Of a stretch of 64,000 nt of DNA, positions 9,312 to 31,341 are shown in pieces. This DNA comes from Pseudomonadota bacterium (GTDB lineage: Bacteria; Pseudomonadota; Gammaproteobacteria; Xanthomonadales; Xanthomonadaceae), in assembly GCA_020161335.1 (NCBI GenBank), contig JAIUOJ010000001.1, forward strand, positions 38,809 to 102,808, given 5' to 3'. Each line of letters starts with the position of its first letter. Position 1 is the stretch's first letter. Position numbers and translations under genes: made by a program. A model generated the notes under the pieces. It did not search any database, had not been told where the DNA came from, and saw nothing but the letters and a program-made list of their open reading frames with translations.

Positions 9312-10547
9312 TCAACGCTCCGGGTCGATCACGGCGCTCATCAACGAACGGGCTTGGCTATTGGCCCCCGCCGCTTTTGCTTCGCTGGCCCAAGGCCTGA
9401 CAGCATGGCGAACCTCCTCGAGGATGCTGGCGGCGCGCCCGGCGTCCAGACGGAAGAACGCATGCTGCGCAACCAGCACCTGTGTGTCCGGCGTGGGGTC
9501 GGCAGCATCCAGAGCAAGCACATGCACGTCCTTGTCCGGATTGGGGTTCACGTCGAAGGCCGGCGACAGCACCCATCCCGTCGATTCACGAAGGAAGCCG
9601 TGGTTGCGCAGGTGGTCATCCCGGTTGCCGACCAACACATTGAACACGGCCCGGCGGAACAACTGTTCGAGTCCGTCGGCAATCGTGCCGCTGGCGCCTT
9701 GGCTTTCGATCGCTGAGACCAGGTCCAGATAGCTGGCGCCGTCGCTGTCCATGTCCAGCAGGGTCTTGGCCGAGGCATACATCCGGCGGCGCCCGCCGAT
9801 CCGGTCGAAGCGCTTCACGGCGAAGGTGTGTCCACGCGAGGAGAGCGGCAGCAGCCGGGCCTCGGGCATCCGGATCCCGGCCGCGATCGCGAGCGTCCAG
9901 GTGACGAACTCCCACAGCTCCACGTCGTGGCGATCCTCGGTGGACGGGAACTTGGCCAGCCACAGTTCGCCGTGTTCGTCGACGAAACTGGCCTTGGGCC
10001 GGGCGCCGCCCAGCGAGCCGCCGGGGACGATCAATTGCCGAACCTGCTTGTCCACCTCATCGCCGGCACCCTGCTCGATCAGGCGTGCGGCTGCCTCCAG
10101 CTCACCCAGTGAGGTCATCGGCGGCGCGCTTGGCTGCAGGGAGGCGACGAACCTGTCGGTGTCAGGATCGCGCAATCGCAGCGCGCCCATCCGGGTGCCG
10201 TCGTCCACACCGGCCAGGTAGTCCCACGCCCGCAGCGAACGCCGGGGGCGATCTTCCTCGCGGGCCTCGATGGCCTCGCGTCGATCCATCAACAGTCGGC
10301 CCCAGCGATCCGGGGAGCAGTCCTGCAGCACGTTCGGCGGTTGCGCGGGATCGGACGCATGGAAGGGGCCCTCGCGCAGCGGCAGCAAGGGTTCGATCTC
10401 GAATGCCTCAGGTCTGGCGAGCCATTCCGTGTCGTATTCGAACCTGAGGATATCGCCGCGGCGGGAGGCATCGCGGAACAGCCGCCCGACCAGAACCGAT
10501 TCCGGTACGAGGCTGGTGTCGTCGAGGAGGACTTCGGCCGTATTCAT
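9312..10547 (-). CDS. Second, distinct HipA-family kinase toxin, 411 aa
   Basis: DCSPDRWGR, GGSLGGARPKA, WLAKFPS, FAVKRFDR, GNRDDHLRNHGFL, LSPAFDVNP. Confidence 0.92.
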   Translation of the reverse strand: MNTAEVLLDDTSLVPESVLVGRLFRDASRRGDILRFEYDTEWLARPEAFEIEPLLPLREGPFHASDPAQPPNVLQDCSPDRWGRLLMDRREAIEAREEDRPRRSLRAWDYLAGVDDGTRMGALRLRDPDTDRFVASLQPSAPPMTSLGELEAAARLIEQGAGDEVDKQVRQLIVPGGSLGGARPKASFVDEHGELWLAKFPSTEDRHDVELWEFVTWTLAIAAGIRMPEARLLPLSSRGHTFAVKRFDRIGGRRRMYASAKTLLDMDSDGASYLDLVSAIESQGASGTIADGLEQLFRRAVFNVLVGNRDDHLRNHGFLRESTGWVLSPAFDVNPNPDKDVHVLALDAADPTPDTQVLVAQHAFFRLDAGRAASILEEVRHAVRPWASEAKAAGANSQARSLMSAVIDPER

Positions 10548-10888
10548 CGCGGTTCGTCGCTGGAATCGGGCGTGCGTACCGTCGCCGCACGGCGGCGGGG
10601 TTGCTTGAGTTCACTGTCCTGCAACTGCCGGCCCAGCGTGTCTTCGGCGGCGAGCTTGTCGATGTCCTGCGCCAGCCCCAGCACCTGCAGCACACGGATC
10701 ACTGTGGCCAGGCTGCTGGTGGGGTCGCCGGATTCGAGCTTGCGGATCGTGGGCAGGGTGACGCCGACGCGCTCGGCCACCATGGCCTGCGTGAGCTTGC
10801 GCCGGAGCCGGGCTGCACGCAGCCGCTCCCCCAGTGCGGAGAGCTGGCGGAGATGACGGGGATGGGTCGGCGGGGTCACGCGAGGCAT
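10544..10888 (-). CDS. XRE-family HTH antitoxin for the second HipA, 114 aa
   Basis: LGERLRAARLRRKLTQAMVAERVGVTLPTIRKLESGDP; ATGA overlap with the toxin gene. Confidence 0.9.
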   Translation of the reverse strand: MPRVTPPTHPRHLRQLSALGERLRAARLRRKLTQAMVAERVGVTLPTIRKLESGDPTSSLATVIRVLQVLGLAQDIDKLAAEDTLGRQLQDSELKQPRRRAATVRTPDSSDEPR

Positions 10889-10935
10889 GGCAAATATAAT
10901 TGCCTAATAAGTCGATAAAGGCAAATATATTTGTC
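10889..10935. promoter_or_regulatory. Two near-palindromic operator boxes upstream of the second antitoxin
   Basis: GGCAAATATAATTGCC (10889-10904) and GGCAAATATATTTGTC (10920-10935); the first directly abuts the ATG, and no Shine-Dalgarno is visible. Confidence 0.65.
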
Positions 10936-11185
10936 CAAATCTACTTCGTGCCTTTAGCCTTTAGCCGATGACTTGCTATTGGCTCGGGTCGGCGGCCAGC
11001 CCAGGCTGGAGAGCGAATTCAAGTTCTGGGGCCGAGAGACATCCGAACAGACTGGAAAGCTGCCAGAGCCGTGATTGTCTTCAAAGGATGAAATGGTCTC
11101 AGCCAAAATGTCGTCAGAACCACCGATACTGACTTGACCGATGAGCGCGATGCATCGCGGGTTGATAAGACTTCATGCCCTGCGC

Positions 11186-20967
<9,782 letters not shown>

Positions 20968-21143
20968 TATCTAAGGATAAGTGCATGAATGCATTTATCC
21001 AAAGAAGTGCTTTTCGCGAAGGTAGGGGCATGCTCCCCCGTCCTGCGGGCACATGCGTTGCTCTAGGCGGGAAATTACTTGATTTTCAAAGAGCTATGCG
21101 ATCGCGAACCTGCCGGTGATGTCCAGGGCACTAGAGGTTCGCG
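20968..21143 (-). promoter_or_regulatory. CRISPR leader
   Basis: AT-richer non-coding stretch between cas2 and the first repeat; contains a GCGAACC...GGTTCGC inverted repeat. Confidence 0.85.
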
Positions 21144-21434
21144 TCAGAAGACCAATGGCCCCTTGAGATCGAGGGCCGGTTTGGCGCCGATGTGCTCGAC
21201 GCGATGTTCCCATTTGGCGCCGAGCTGATAGAAGCGCAGGCTATCCAGCTCCGGATCGATCAGGTCACACAGGCGTTGGCGAAGTTGCACCCATTGGGCA
21301 GGTTCAACCTCGATCTCGAAGACAGAATACTGCACCCGTTGCCCACGATCCCGACAAGCTTTTGCGACACGTCGCAGGCGCTTCTCGCCGCCGGGAGTGC
21401 TCGTGCTGACGTCGTAGGTCACGAGAATCATCAT
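21144..21434 (-). CDS. cas2: CRISPR-associated endonuclease Cas2, 96 aa
   Basis: MMILVTYDVST...RLRRVAKAC...GQRVQYSVFE...DSLRFY. Confidence 0.97.
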   Translation of the reverse strand: MMILVTYDVSTSTPGGEKRLRRVAKACRDRGQRVQYSVFEIEVEPAQWVQLRQRLCDLIDPELDSLRFYQLGAKWEHRVEHIGAKPALDLKGPLVF

Positions 21435-21450
21435 CGCGTGTGCCTCCAGC

Positions 21451-22485
21451 TCATTTCCAAAGGAACGGCGGGTAGCCGTCGAGGTCGCCACGCAGGTGGC
21501 GTGCCAGCAGTTGTGATTGAAGGAAGGGAAGAAGGCCGATGTCGACTTTTTCGCCGATGAAGGCGTGCTGCAGCTGTTCGCGTTTGCGCTCCTGGTACGC
21601 CACCAGCACAGCCTTTCGCGCATCGTCCTTCAATTGCACGGCACCATTGTCGAATACGACGAAGTCGCGTTCATTCAGTTGGCGGCGATTGATCAGCGAT
21701 AGTGCGAGGCGCTCGCCAAGAAGAGGGCGAAACTCTTCGGCGAGATCAAGTGCCAGGCTCGGACGCCCGGGACGGTCGCGATGCAGAAAACCGACAGCGG
21801 GATCGAGACCAACGGTTTCGAGTGCGGAGCGACAGTCATGCGTCAGCAGTGTGTAGAGAAAGGACAGCAAGGCATTGAATGCGTCGCGCGGCGGTCGACG
21901 ATTGCGCCCGCCGAAACGAAGCAGTGGCGATTCGGCACGGATGATTTGGTCGAATACGCCGAAGTAGGATTGTGCGGCTTCGCCCTCCAGCCCTCGCAGC
22001 AGATCGACATCGCTTTCGAGGAGAATGCGTTGCGGGATGCGCTTGAGCCGCTTGAGAGCATGCTGGAACTTGGCTGCGTCCGTAAGGCGCTCGCCATGGT
22101 CTCGCCAGCCACGGGCAAGCACCGCGCGCTGATTGTGGATCTTGCCAACCAACAGATTACGCACGATGGCGGCACAGCCAAGGGGATCATCGCTGCACCG
22201 ATACTGTGCGCGCCGCAGCAGCACGTTGCCGGACACTGGGCCTTCCACCCGCGCGAGGAAGCGCCCCTGCGGGGTCAGGTAGCAGATGCCGATGCCGTTG
22301 GCGGAACAATGCCCAAGCAACTGCGGTGACACGGCAACGCGGCCGATGCAAACCAGGCTCTCCAGCATGTGCATCGGCAGGCGCACACGTTCCTGGCGCT
22401 CTACTTCCAGCACGATGTTGTCGCCGTCCTTGCGCAGCCATGCGCCTTCGGTCGTGACGTAGAGCGTGTTGAGTTGGCGCCGCAT
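21451..22485 (-). CDS. cas1: Type I-C Cas1, 344 aa
   Basis: MRRQLNTLYVTTEGAWL, GNVLLRRAQY, LRGLEGEAA..YF, RNRRPPRD..NALLSF.Y, GLDPAVGFLH.DRPGRPSLALDLAEEFR. Confidence 0.98.
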   Translation of the reverse strand: MRRQLNTLYVTTEGAWLRKDGDNIVLEVERQERVRLPMHMLESLVCIGRVAVSPQLLGHCSANGIGICYLTPQGRFLARVEGPVSGNVLLRRAQYRCSDDPLGCAAIVRNLLVGKIHNQRAVLARGWRDHGERLTDAAKFQHALKRLKRIPQRILLESDVDLLRGLEGEAAQSYFGVFDQIIRAESPLLRFGGRNRRPPRDAFNALLSFLYTLLTHDCRSALETVGLDPAVGFLHRDRPGRPSLALDLAEEFRPLLGERLALSLINRRQLNERDFVVFDNGAVQLKDDARKAVLVAYQERKREQLQHAFIGEKVDIGLLPFLQSQLLARHLRGDLDGYPPFLWK

Positions 22486-22486
22486 G

Positions 22487-23119
22487 TCACTCCTCCTCGC
22501 CGTCGAGCTGGCGATGTAACCAGCGGTCCACGCTGTGGCGACCGAGCAGGCGAGGCTGGCACAGATCAATCAATGAGCAGCGATCACAGCGGCGAGCGTC
22601 GTAACGAGCGGTCGGTGTCTGGCAAGACGCCAGCATTGTTCGCGTGTCGGCAATTGTCTGTTTTGTCAGCGCGCGAAGAGTTTCGTCGAACACTACATCC
22701 TGACGGCGCCGGGTCTGTCCATAGAACAAGGCGCCCGATTCGACGTTTTCGCCCAGCATTGCCTCCAGGCACAAGGCTTGCGCACACAATTGCACTTCGT
22801 CGGCGCGATGGGCCTTGGGCCGGCCACGCTTGTACTCCACCGGAAATGCATGTTCAACGCCATCGATGGCATGGAACTCGACCACATCCGCCTTGCCGGT
22901 GATGCCAAGCTCCAGCGCCAGTAACGGCATGGCCGTCACCGTGCGCACGCCGCGCCGCCGCTCGGTCTTCGGTGTATCCGCGCGCTTGTGGAGCAGATGT
23001 CCTTCCGCCGTGTGCCGGTTGTCGGCCCATTGCTGCTCCAGATGGATCAGTGCGCACTGGCGCGCGCAGTACAGGTAGTGCTGTAGGGCGGAGAGCGGGA
23101 TCAGGTCGTCGTCGTCCAT
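22487..23119 (-). CDS. cas4: Cas4 exonuclease, 210 aa
   Basis: LSALQHYLYCARQCALIH, GKADVVEF, PVEYKRG, QLCAQALCLE, C-terminal CDRCSLIDLC Fe-S cysteines. Confidence 0.97.
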   Translation of the reverse strand: MDDDDLIPLSALQHYLYCARQCALIHLEQQWADNRHTAEGHLLHKRADTPKTERRRGVRTVTAMPLLALELGITGKADVVEFHAIDGVEHAFPVEYKRGRPKAHRADEVQLCAQALCLEAMLGENVESGALFYGQTRRRQDVVFDETLRALTKQTIADTRTMLASCQTPTARYDARRCDRCSLIDLCQPRLLGRHSVDRWLHRQLDGEEE

Positions 23120-23138
23120 GCCCGCTCTCCGCGTGTAG

Positions 23139-24013
23139 TCAGAATCGTTCTGTGACCGTCACGCCGGCTGGCAGATCAGGATCGATCGTGACTGTGTAAT
23201 CGGAGAAACTGCGTGCCGGGCCAGCGCTAGGGTCGTTGCCGGGGTCGTCCGTGCGCTCGACTTTGACTTTGTCGAACAGCACGTGCGCTGGTGCATTGCC
23301 CATCGGGTGTTCGTGCTTGAACACGATCAACTTGCGTGCCGACATTTCGCCACGTGCGGCAGAACGGTCATGCTCGAACAGGTTGGTCAGCGCACGCCAG
23401 AACAACTCAAGGTCTTCTTCGGAGAAGCCGGTACGTTCGGCCAGCTTGGCCGAGATGAAGCCGTGGGCACGGTAGAGGCCATATGGCAGGATGTGCTTGC
23501 GGCCCATGGTGCGTTCCTTTTCGAGATCCTTCTCGTTGGTGACGGCAACACGGGTGATCGACACTTCCATCGGAAGCACGGGTTCGACCGAACTGGCGAA
23601 GGCCATCTGCACCGGCCCGCGAACCTGACCGGTGTTGACCTCAGTGGTCATCACCGCGCCGAACGTGCGCACGTCGAAGAAGTTCTTGCACATCCAGGCC
23701 GTGAGTTCCTGCGCTTTGGCCTGATCCTTCGGCAGCTTCTTGGCTTCATGCTCGATGCCGAGCGCTTCATATGCCTGCTTGTGCTGGTTGTTCAGCACCG
23801 ATTTTTCCTGCATGTAGATCGCAAAACCGGGCTGGGCTTCCTTCTCCAGCGCCACGTAGTTGCGAATTTTGCGCTTGAGTGCGACATCGGTGACCAGGCC
23901 GCGATTGGTTTCCGGATCCAGTCGGGGCAGGTTGCCGGCATCCGGGTCGCCATTGGGGTTGCCGTTGGCGACATCGAACAGATAGACGAACTCGTAGCGG
24001 TGGGCGATCGCAC

Positions 24014-24017
<4 letters not shown>
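23139..24017 (-). CDS. cas7c: Cas7c (Csd2), 292 aa
   Basis: [55 protein letters not shown]. Confidence 0.97.
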
Positions 24018-26643
<2,626 letters not shown>

Positions 26644-26662
<19 letters not shown>

Positions 26663-26751
26663 TGTCTGCTGATTCCACCGGCAGCCACGGAAAGGATTGC
26701 CAAGACGACGACCGCCCATTTGCAGAATTGCTTGTGACCGCTGATTTCCAT
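26644..26751 (-). CDS. Putative small single-TM peptide (35 aa; in-frame ATGs at 26808 and 26880 would give 54 or 78 aa); candidate toxin
   Basis: MEISGHKQFCKWAVVVLAILSVAAGGISRHFDAIA*. Hydrophobic core; stop lies inside the degenerate repeat; no strong RBS. Confidence 0.3.
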
Positions 26752-26884
26752 CTTGAGCAGGAATCGGAAGCAGGTGTGCTGACTTCGGAAGTGTTGGGAG
26801 CTGGCCATCGGAGAGCACTCTGTGTAATGGGCACAGGTATCATTCAATCCTTTCAATGCAGATAGATGACCATAAACCATCCGT

Positions 26885-29173
26885 TTAGGTGACAAGACGT
26901 TCAGCTGCCAAAAACTGCGGGTTGTCATCCCAATGCAACCCGAATCGATCGTCATACAGCCGACGATTGACCAGCCGCACGAACTGCTCGCCGTACTTGT
27001 GCGGCGCCACTGGGGCAATGGCGTGGGCCTGCCACAACGCCTTGTAGGTCTGCTCCTGTACCTGCACCAGCCAGGGCTGGAGGCGGCGGGCGGCGCCGGC
27101 CACGCCAATCTGCTCGGCATGTTCGAGCTGGCGAAGGGTGTCGATGACCTCCGGGACTTCGTCCTGGCTGCCGGGCAGATAGGGAACGATCAGCGGACGC
27201 ATCGACGTGCGGATCACCTTGAACTTCCGCGCCAGTGTGTCCATTGGCAGGCTGTCGATACCGGCGTTGCGCAGCAGGCCGAGCAGGTCGTCACGATCCA
27301 GACGGCCGTCGCCCAGGCGGAAGTAGAGCTCGCGGAAGTAGGCCGACACGGCCTCCATCGCCAGCAGGTCATCGCGATGGGCGCGCTCGACGGTGCGGAA
27401 CACTTCGGCAAACAGCTTCAATTCCCTGGGGGGCGCCCAATCCTTGTTGGCCGGCTCGAACACCAACACCTCGCTGGTCTCGGCCGAGCGCCGTCCTTCA
27501 CGGTTGCAGCGGCCCGCGGCCTGGGCAATGGAATCCAGCCCGGCTTCGGCCCGCAGCACCAGAGGGAAATCCACATCCACGCCTGCTTCGATCAAGCTGG
27601 TGGCGACCAGGCGGCACGGCCGGCCGGCCCTCAAGTCCGCGCGCACATCGGCGAGCACAGCGCTGCGATGACGTGCGTGCATTAGGGTCGTCAGGTGGCG
27701 CGCGCCAGGCTGATCGGCAATGGCATCGAACAGATGCCGCGCATGGCGACGATTGTTGACGATGCACAGCGCCTGTTCGCCTTGCTGCAATTTTGCGGCG
27801 ATCGCTTCGTCATCAAGGGTGCCGGCGTGTCGTACGCGCACGCGACGCAACTGTTCGTAGAGGGCTGGAGGGTTGGGTGCCAGCTCGCAGACATCATCCA
27901 GGCCATCCTTGAAGCCCTGGTCGAGACGCAGCGCCGGCTGGGTGGCCGTGCACAGCACGGGACTGACCCGGTAGTTGCGTGCCAGCTCGTCCAGCAGCGC
28001 CACGCAGGGGCGCAACAGATCCTGCGGCAGGGTCTGGGCTTCATCCAGCACCACCACGCTGCCGGCAATGTTGTGCAGCTTGCGGCAACGCGAGGGACGA
28101 TCTGCAAAGAGACTTTCGAAAAACTGTACGGCCGTGGTGACAACGATGGGCGCGTCCCAGTTCTCCATCGCCAGCCTGCGCTTGGCGATGGATTGCGGTG
28201 CGGACTGCGGATCGTCGAAGAAGGCGCTGTGGTGTTCGAGCACGATGTCGTCCCGATCATCCGGGACACCCAGTGCATTGCGGAACACCTGCACGGTTTG
28301 TTCGACGATGCTGGTGAACGGGATCACGTAGATCACGCGACGCAGGCCATGGGCGAGTGCGTGATCGAGCGCGAAGGCCAGCGAGGCCAGAGTTTTGCCG
28401 CCACCGGTGGGCACGGTGAGCGAGAACAGGCCTGGACGCTCCGTTGCCTTGGATCGGACTTCTCGCAGGATGTGGGCGCGAAGCGGGTTGATGCCGCCTT
28501 CGGTGGGGAATTTGGCCAGATGCGCATCCAGGCGTTCGCCCAGTTGCGACAGCGATGGTCTGTCGCCCGTCTCCTCGCTACGTGAAGGTCGACCTTCGAT
28601 GTGCCGATAGAAATCGTCGGTGTCGGTGAAATCGGCGTCGACCAGACACGAAAAAATCATCCGTGCGAGCAGGGAGAGCTGAAACATCCGTTCCTGCGGC
28701 CTGGGGTGGCGGAGGAAGCCATCCGGCAGCGGCAGTGTCTTCGGCAGCATGATTTCCTGCGCCCACTCCGGCAGGAGGGGCGGCAGTTCGCGCGCGCAGT
28801 AGTCTTCGGACAAGCGATCGAACAGCGAGGTGCGGGACTGGTCTTCAAGGCCGGAGCGTCCGTTCGCCAATCCGGCGTGGTGCCCCGCGATGCCGTAGGC
28901 AATCAACATTCCGATGCCCGGAAAGCGGTCACGGGCGATGCGGGCGCCCCAGGTGGCGTGATCCACGCGAGTCAGATCGCCGGTGAGGCGGAGTTGGAAG
29001 CGCTCGGTGTATTTGCCCAGGTCGTGCAGTTGGCCTGCAGCCAAGGCGAGTGCTGCCCCCTTGAAGGCCGCTGCCTTTTCGGCGGCAAATGTACCGACAT
29101 CGTTCAAGTGCCTGGACAGCGGTTGCCAGTCGGATTTGTCTTTCTGCTCGGTCGAATGTGCGTAGAACCCCAT
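26885..29173 (-). CDS. cas3: Cas3 HD nuclease-helicase, 762 aa
   Basis: FYAHS, HDLGKY (HD), IAGHHAGL, SCLVDAD..DT, LTVPTGGGKTLAS, VVVLDEAQTL, ATSLIEAGVDVDF, QAAGRCNREG; RBS AAGGGAG. Confidence 0.98.
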   Translation of the reverse strand: MGFYAHSTEQKDKSDWQPLSRHLNDVGTFAAEKAAAFKGAALALAAGQLHDLGKYTERFQLRLTGDLTRVDHATWGARIARDRFPGIGMLIAYGIAGHHAGLANGRSGLEDQSRTSLFDRLSEDYCARELPPLLPEWAQEIMLPKTLPLPDGFLRHPRPQERMFQLSLLARMIFSCLVDADFTDTDDFYRHIEGRPSRSEETGDRPSLSQLGERLDAHLAKFPTEGGINPLRAHILREVRSKATERPGLFSLTVPTGGGKTLASLAFALDHALAHGLRRVIYVIPFTSIVEQTVQVFRNALGVPDDRDDIVLEHHSAFFDDPQSAPQSIAKRRLAMENWDAPIVVTTAVQFFESLFADRPSRCRKLHNIAGSVVVLDEAQTLPQDLLRPCVALLDELARNYRVSPVLCTATQPALRLDQGFKDGLDDVCELAPNPPALYEQLRRVRVRHAGTLDDEAIAAKLQQGEQALCIVNNRRHARHLFDAIADQPGARHLTTLMHARHRSAVLADVRADLRAGRPCRLVATSLIEAGVDVDFPLVLRAEAGLDSIAQAAGRCNREGRRSAETSEVLVFEPANKDWAPPRELKLFAEVFRTVERAHRDDLLAMEAVSAYFRELYFRLGDGRLDRDDLLGLLRNAGIDSLPMDTLARKFKVIRTSMRPLIVPYLPGSQDEVPEVIDTLRQLEHAEQIGVAGAARRLQPWLVQVQEQTYKALWQAHAIAPVAPHKYGEQFVRLVNRRLYDDRFGLHWDDNPQFLAAERLVT

Positions 29174-29277
29174 TTCCGACTCCCTTATATCCCGTAAGGT
29201 AGGATATCTCCGCTGGGGTTCACCCCCGCTAGTACGGACACTTCAGTTAAGCCCCATGATGGGGCAGGAGGAGTGTC

Positions 29278-29565
29278 ATGCCACAGCGGAAGAAGTACAA
29301 CGAAGAGTTCAAGCGAGAGGCCGTCGGCCTGACCCGATTGCCGGGTGCGAAGATGTCCCAGATCGCACGTGACTTGGGGGGCCGGGCCAACCAGATCCAT
29401 CGATGGCGCCGGGGGCTGGAGGCAGGCGGCAAGAAAGCCCCTCCTGGCAATGGCGCCGCACGCGACCAGGAACCGCTGGCCCTGAAGATGGAGCTGGCAC
29501 GGGTCAAGACGGAGCGGGATTTTTTGCGCGATGCGGCGGTGTTCTTCGCCAAGGAGTCGTCTTGA
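29278..29565 (+). CDS. IS3-family transposase OrfA (HTH), 95 aa
   Basis: [15 protein letters not shown]...IARDLG...IHRWRR...[16 protein letters not shown]. Confidence 0.9.
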   Translation: MPQRKKYNEEFKREAVGLTRLPGAKMSQIARDLGGRANQIHRWRRGLEAGGKKAPPGNGAARDQEPLALKMELARVKTERDFLRDAAVFFAKESS

Positions 29566-30410
29566 GGTACGAGGTGATCCGACGCCACCGCGGCCAGTAC
29601 CCGGTCCGACTGATGTTCCGGTGCCTGAAGGTCTCGCTCAGTGGCTTCCACGACTGGTGCAGCCGCGCCCCCAGTGCCCGCTCACTGGACAACCAGAGAC
29701 TGCTGGGGAAGATCCGGTAACACCACGCCGCGAGCGATGGCGTCATGGGCGCCGGCCGCATGCACGAGACGTTTGGCTATGAAGGCGAGACGGCTAGCCT
29801 GAACAGCATCGCCCGGCTGATGGCGGTCGATGGCCTGGCGGGCTTGCCGCAGCGCCGCCGTTGGTGGCACAAGTCTACCGGGACTCGTCCTGCGCACGTT
29901 CGCAACCAACTGGCCCGGGACTTCACGGCCAACGAGCCCAACACCAAGTGGGTGGCCGACATCACCTACCTCCGCACCGGCGAAGGCTGGCTGTATCTGT
30001 GTGCAGTTGTCGATCTATACGCGGGCAAGGTAGTGGGCTGGTCGACGTCGCCGGTGCAGGATCGGCACCTGGTGCTCAGGACGGTGATGATGGCCTGCTG
30101 GCAGCGTCCCGATCGCAGCGAGGTCATCCTGCACTCCGCGCGTGGTACGCAGTTCACCAGCGTCGAGTACCAGCAGTTCCTCAAGGACCACCGCATCATC
30201 AGCAGCATGAGCGACGTCGGGCATTGCGGGGACAACGCAGCTGCCAAGGGCTTCTTCGGCAAGCTCAAGCGGGAGCGCGTACATCGTCGGCGCTACCTGA
30301 CCCTGGCTGAGGCCAGGAGCGATGTCTTCGACTACATCGAACGGCTCCAGAACCCGATCATCCAGCGAAGGCTCGATGCCCGGGATCAGGCCTTCAGGCT
30401 CTTAACCTAA
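29562..30410 (+). pseudogene. IS3-family transposase OrfB (DDE), disrupted
   Basis: In-frame TAA at 29718-29720, with the same frame resuming. WVADITY is intact, but HSDRG reads HSARG and the catalytic Glu position (usually AES/AEGFF) reads AAKGFF. Confidence 0.85.
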
Positions 30411-30669
30411 CAGTCCGTGTAAACGGGGGTGAACCCGACTCTTCGGTTTGCCAATGCCCTGGGGGAAATCCTAACTGCCGCGCCTACGCAGGCGGAGTCT
30501 CGCGCACTCTCGTTCTGCTACTACATTTGGCCACCGCTGTAAGAGACATCCGAGGGAGCAATTTGGAGCGATTGCGCACTGCCCTGGAGAGGAGGCTCCG
30601 GGTCTACAGTAAGCCTGATTCGATGTCCGCTCATGGCCGAAAGCAACCTTTGAGTGCGAGAAGCTCTGA

Positions 30670-31326
30670 TCAGACGTTGAGGGCCGGAAAGATCTCCTGG
30701 CCCAGATCAGCGTCCTTCATTTCCACCATCAGCGCCAGTATGACCGGCACCAGTGTGCCCAAGATGGCGACGCCATCCCGGAGCTGGGCTCGATTCATGC
30801 TGCTGTCCCAGGTCGTTCCGCCGTGCATTAGCTGGTTGCGCAGCACGTAGAGCCGGTCGAGGATCACGTGCAGCAGAACCTCGTCACGCTGCTCGACGAC
30901 GGCACGCATCGCGATCTCCCGGCTGTCGCTGAACTGCTGCTCCCACCTGCCGCTGCCGTCATGCTCGCGCAGAGCGCGCCAGAACGGCTCATACACGAAC
31001 CTGTTGTCGATCAGCGTCCGGATCGGGCCGGGGAACTGGCGGAACAGGACCGCGTGCAGACGCTGGTCACGATCATGCTCCACCAGGACGGCGATGAAGC
31101 GCCTGATCTGGACGAGCTCCCGTTCCTCGAAGCCGAACTCGTGCGCGTAGGCGGCGTTGAGCGCGATCCAGAGGAAGATGAAGGCTGCGTCCGGGTCGCT
31201 GGGCTCCCGCTCCGCCCGGGCCAGCCAGCTGATGGCGCGGTGGATGCGCACACGAAGGCCCTCGGGCTGATCGTCGCGCACCTGCCGATGCCGGGTCTTG
31301 AGCTCTTCGGACGTGATGGCAGGCAT
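30670..31326 (-). CDS. HEPN domain protein (putative RNase), 218 aa
   Basis: R-x4-H motif RNQLMH in LYVLRNQLMHGG; N-terminal RIHRAISWL...FIFLWIALNAAY helical pattern; GGAG RBS. Confidence 0.75.
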   Translation of the reverse strand: MPAITSEELKTRHRQVRDDQPEGLRVRIHRAISWLARAEREPSDPDAAFIFLWIALNAAYAHEFGFEERELVQIRRFIAVLVEHDRDQRLHAVLFRQFPGPIRTLIDNRFVYEPFWRALREHDGSGRWEQQFSDSREIAMRAVVEQRDEVLLHVILDRLYVLRNQLMHGGTTWDSSMNRAQLRDGVAILGTLVPVILALMVEMKDADLGQEIFPALNV

Positions 31327-31341
31327 GGCTCCCCCCGGGTC

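Larger units (their letters stand above)
29214..30438 (+). mobile_element. IS3-family insertion sequence (~1225 bp), inactivated
   Basis: Imperfect terminal IRs TGGGGTTCACCCCCGCTAGTACGGAC (left) and TCGGGTTCACCCCCGTTTACACGGAC (reverse complement of right); orfA/orfB organisation. Confidence 0.9.

Noticed and set aside
26841-26860. GCATTGAAAG / GGATTGAATG on the minus strand as a further degenerate repeat
   Set aside because: Only partial handle similarity, no hairpin or correct spacing; better explained as the AT-rich target region.
26855-26872. GG-N10-GC (sigma54-like) spacing in TGGTCATCTATCTGCAT overlapping the putative guide target
   Set aside because: Poor match to TGGCAC-N5-TTGC and no activator nearby; the promoter at this site remains unidentified.
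29208-30444. Target-site duplication for the IS3 element
   Set aside because: Flanks (…CTCCGC | CTCTTC…) are not duplicated.
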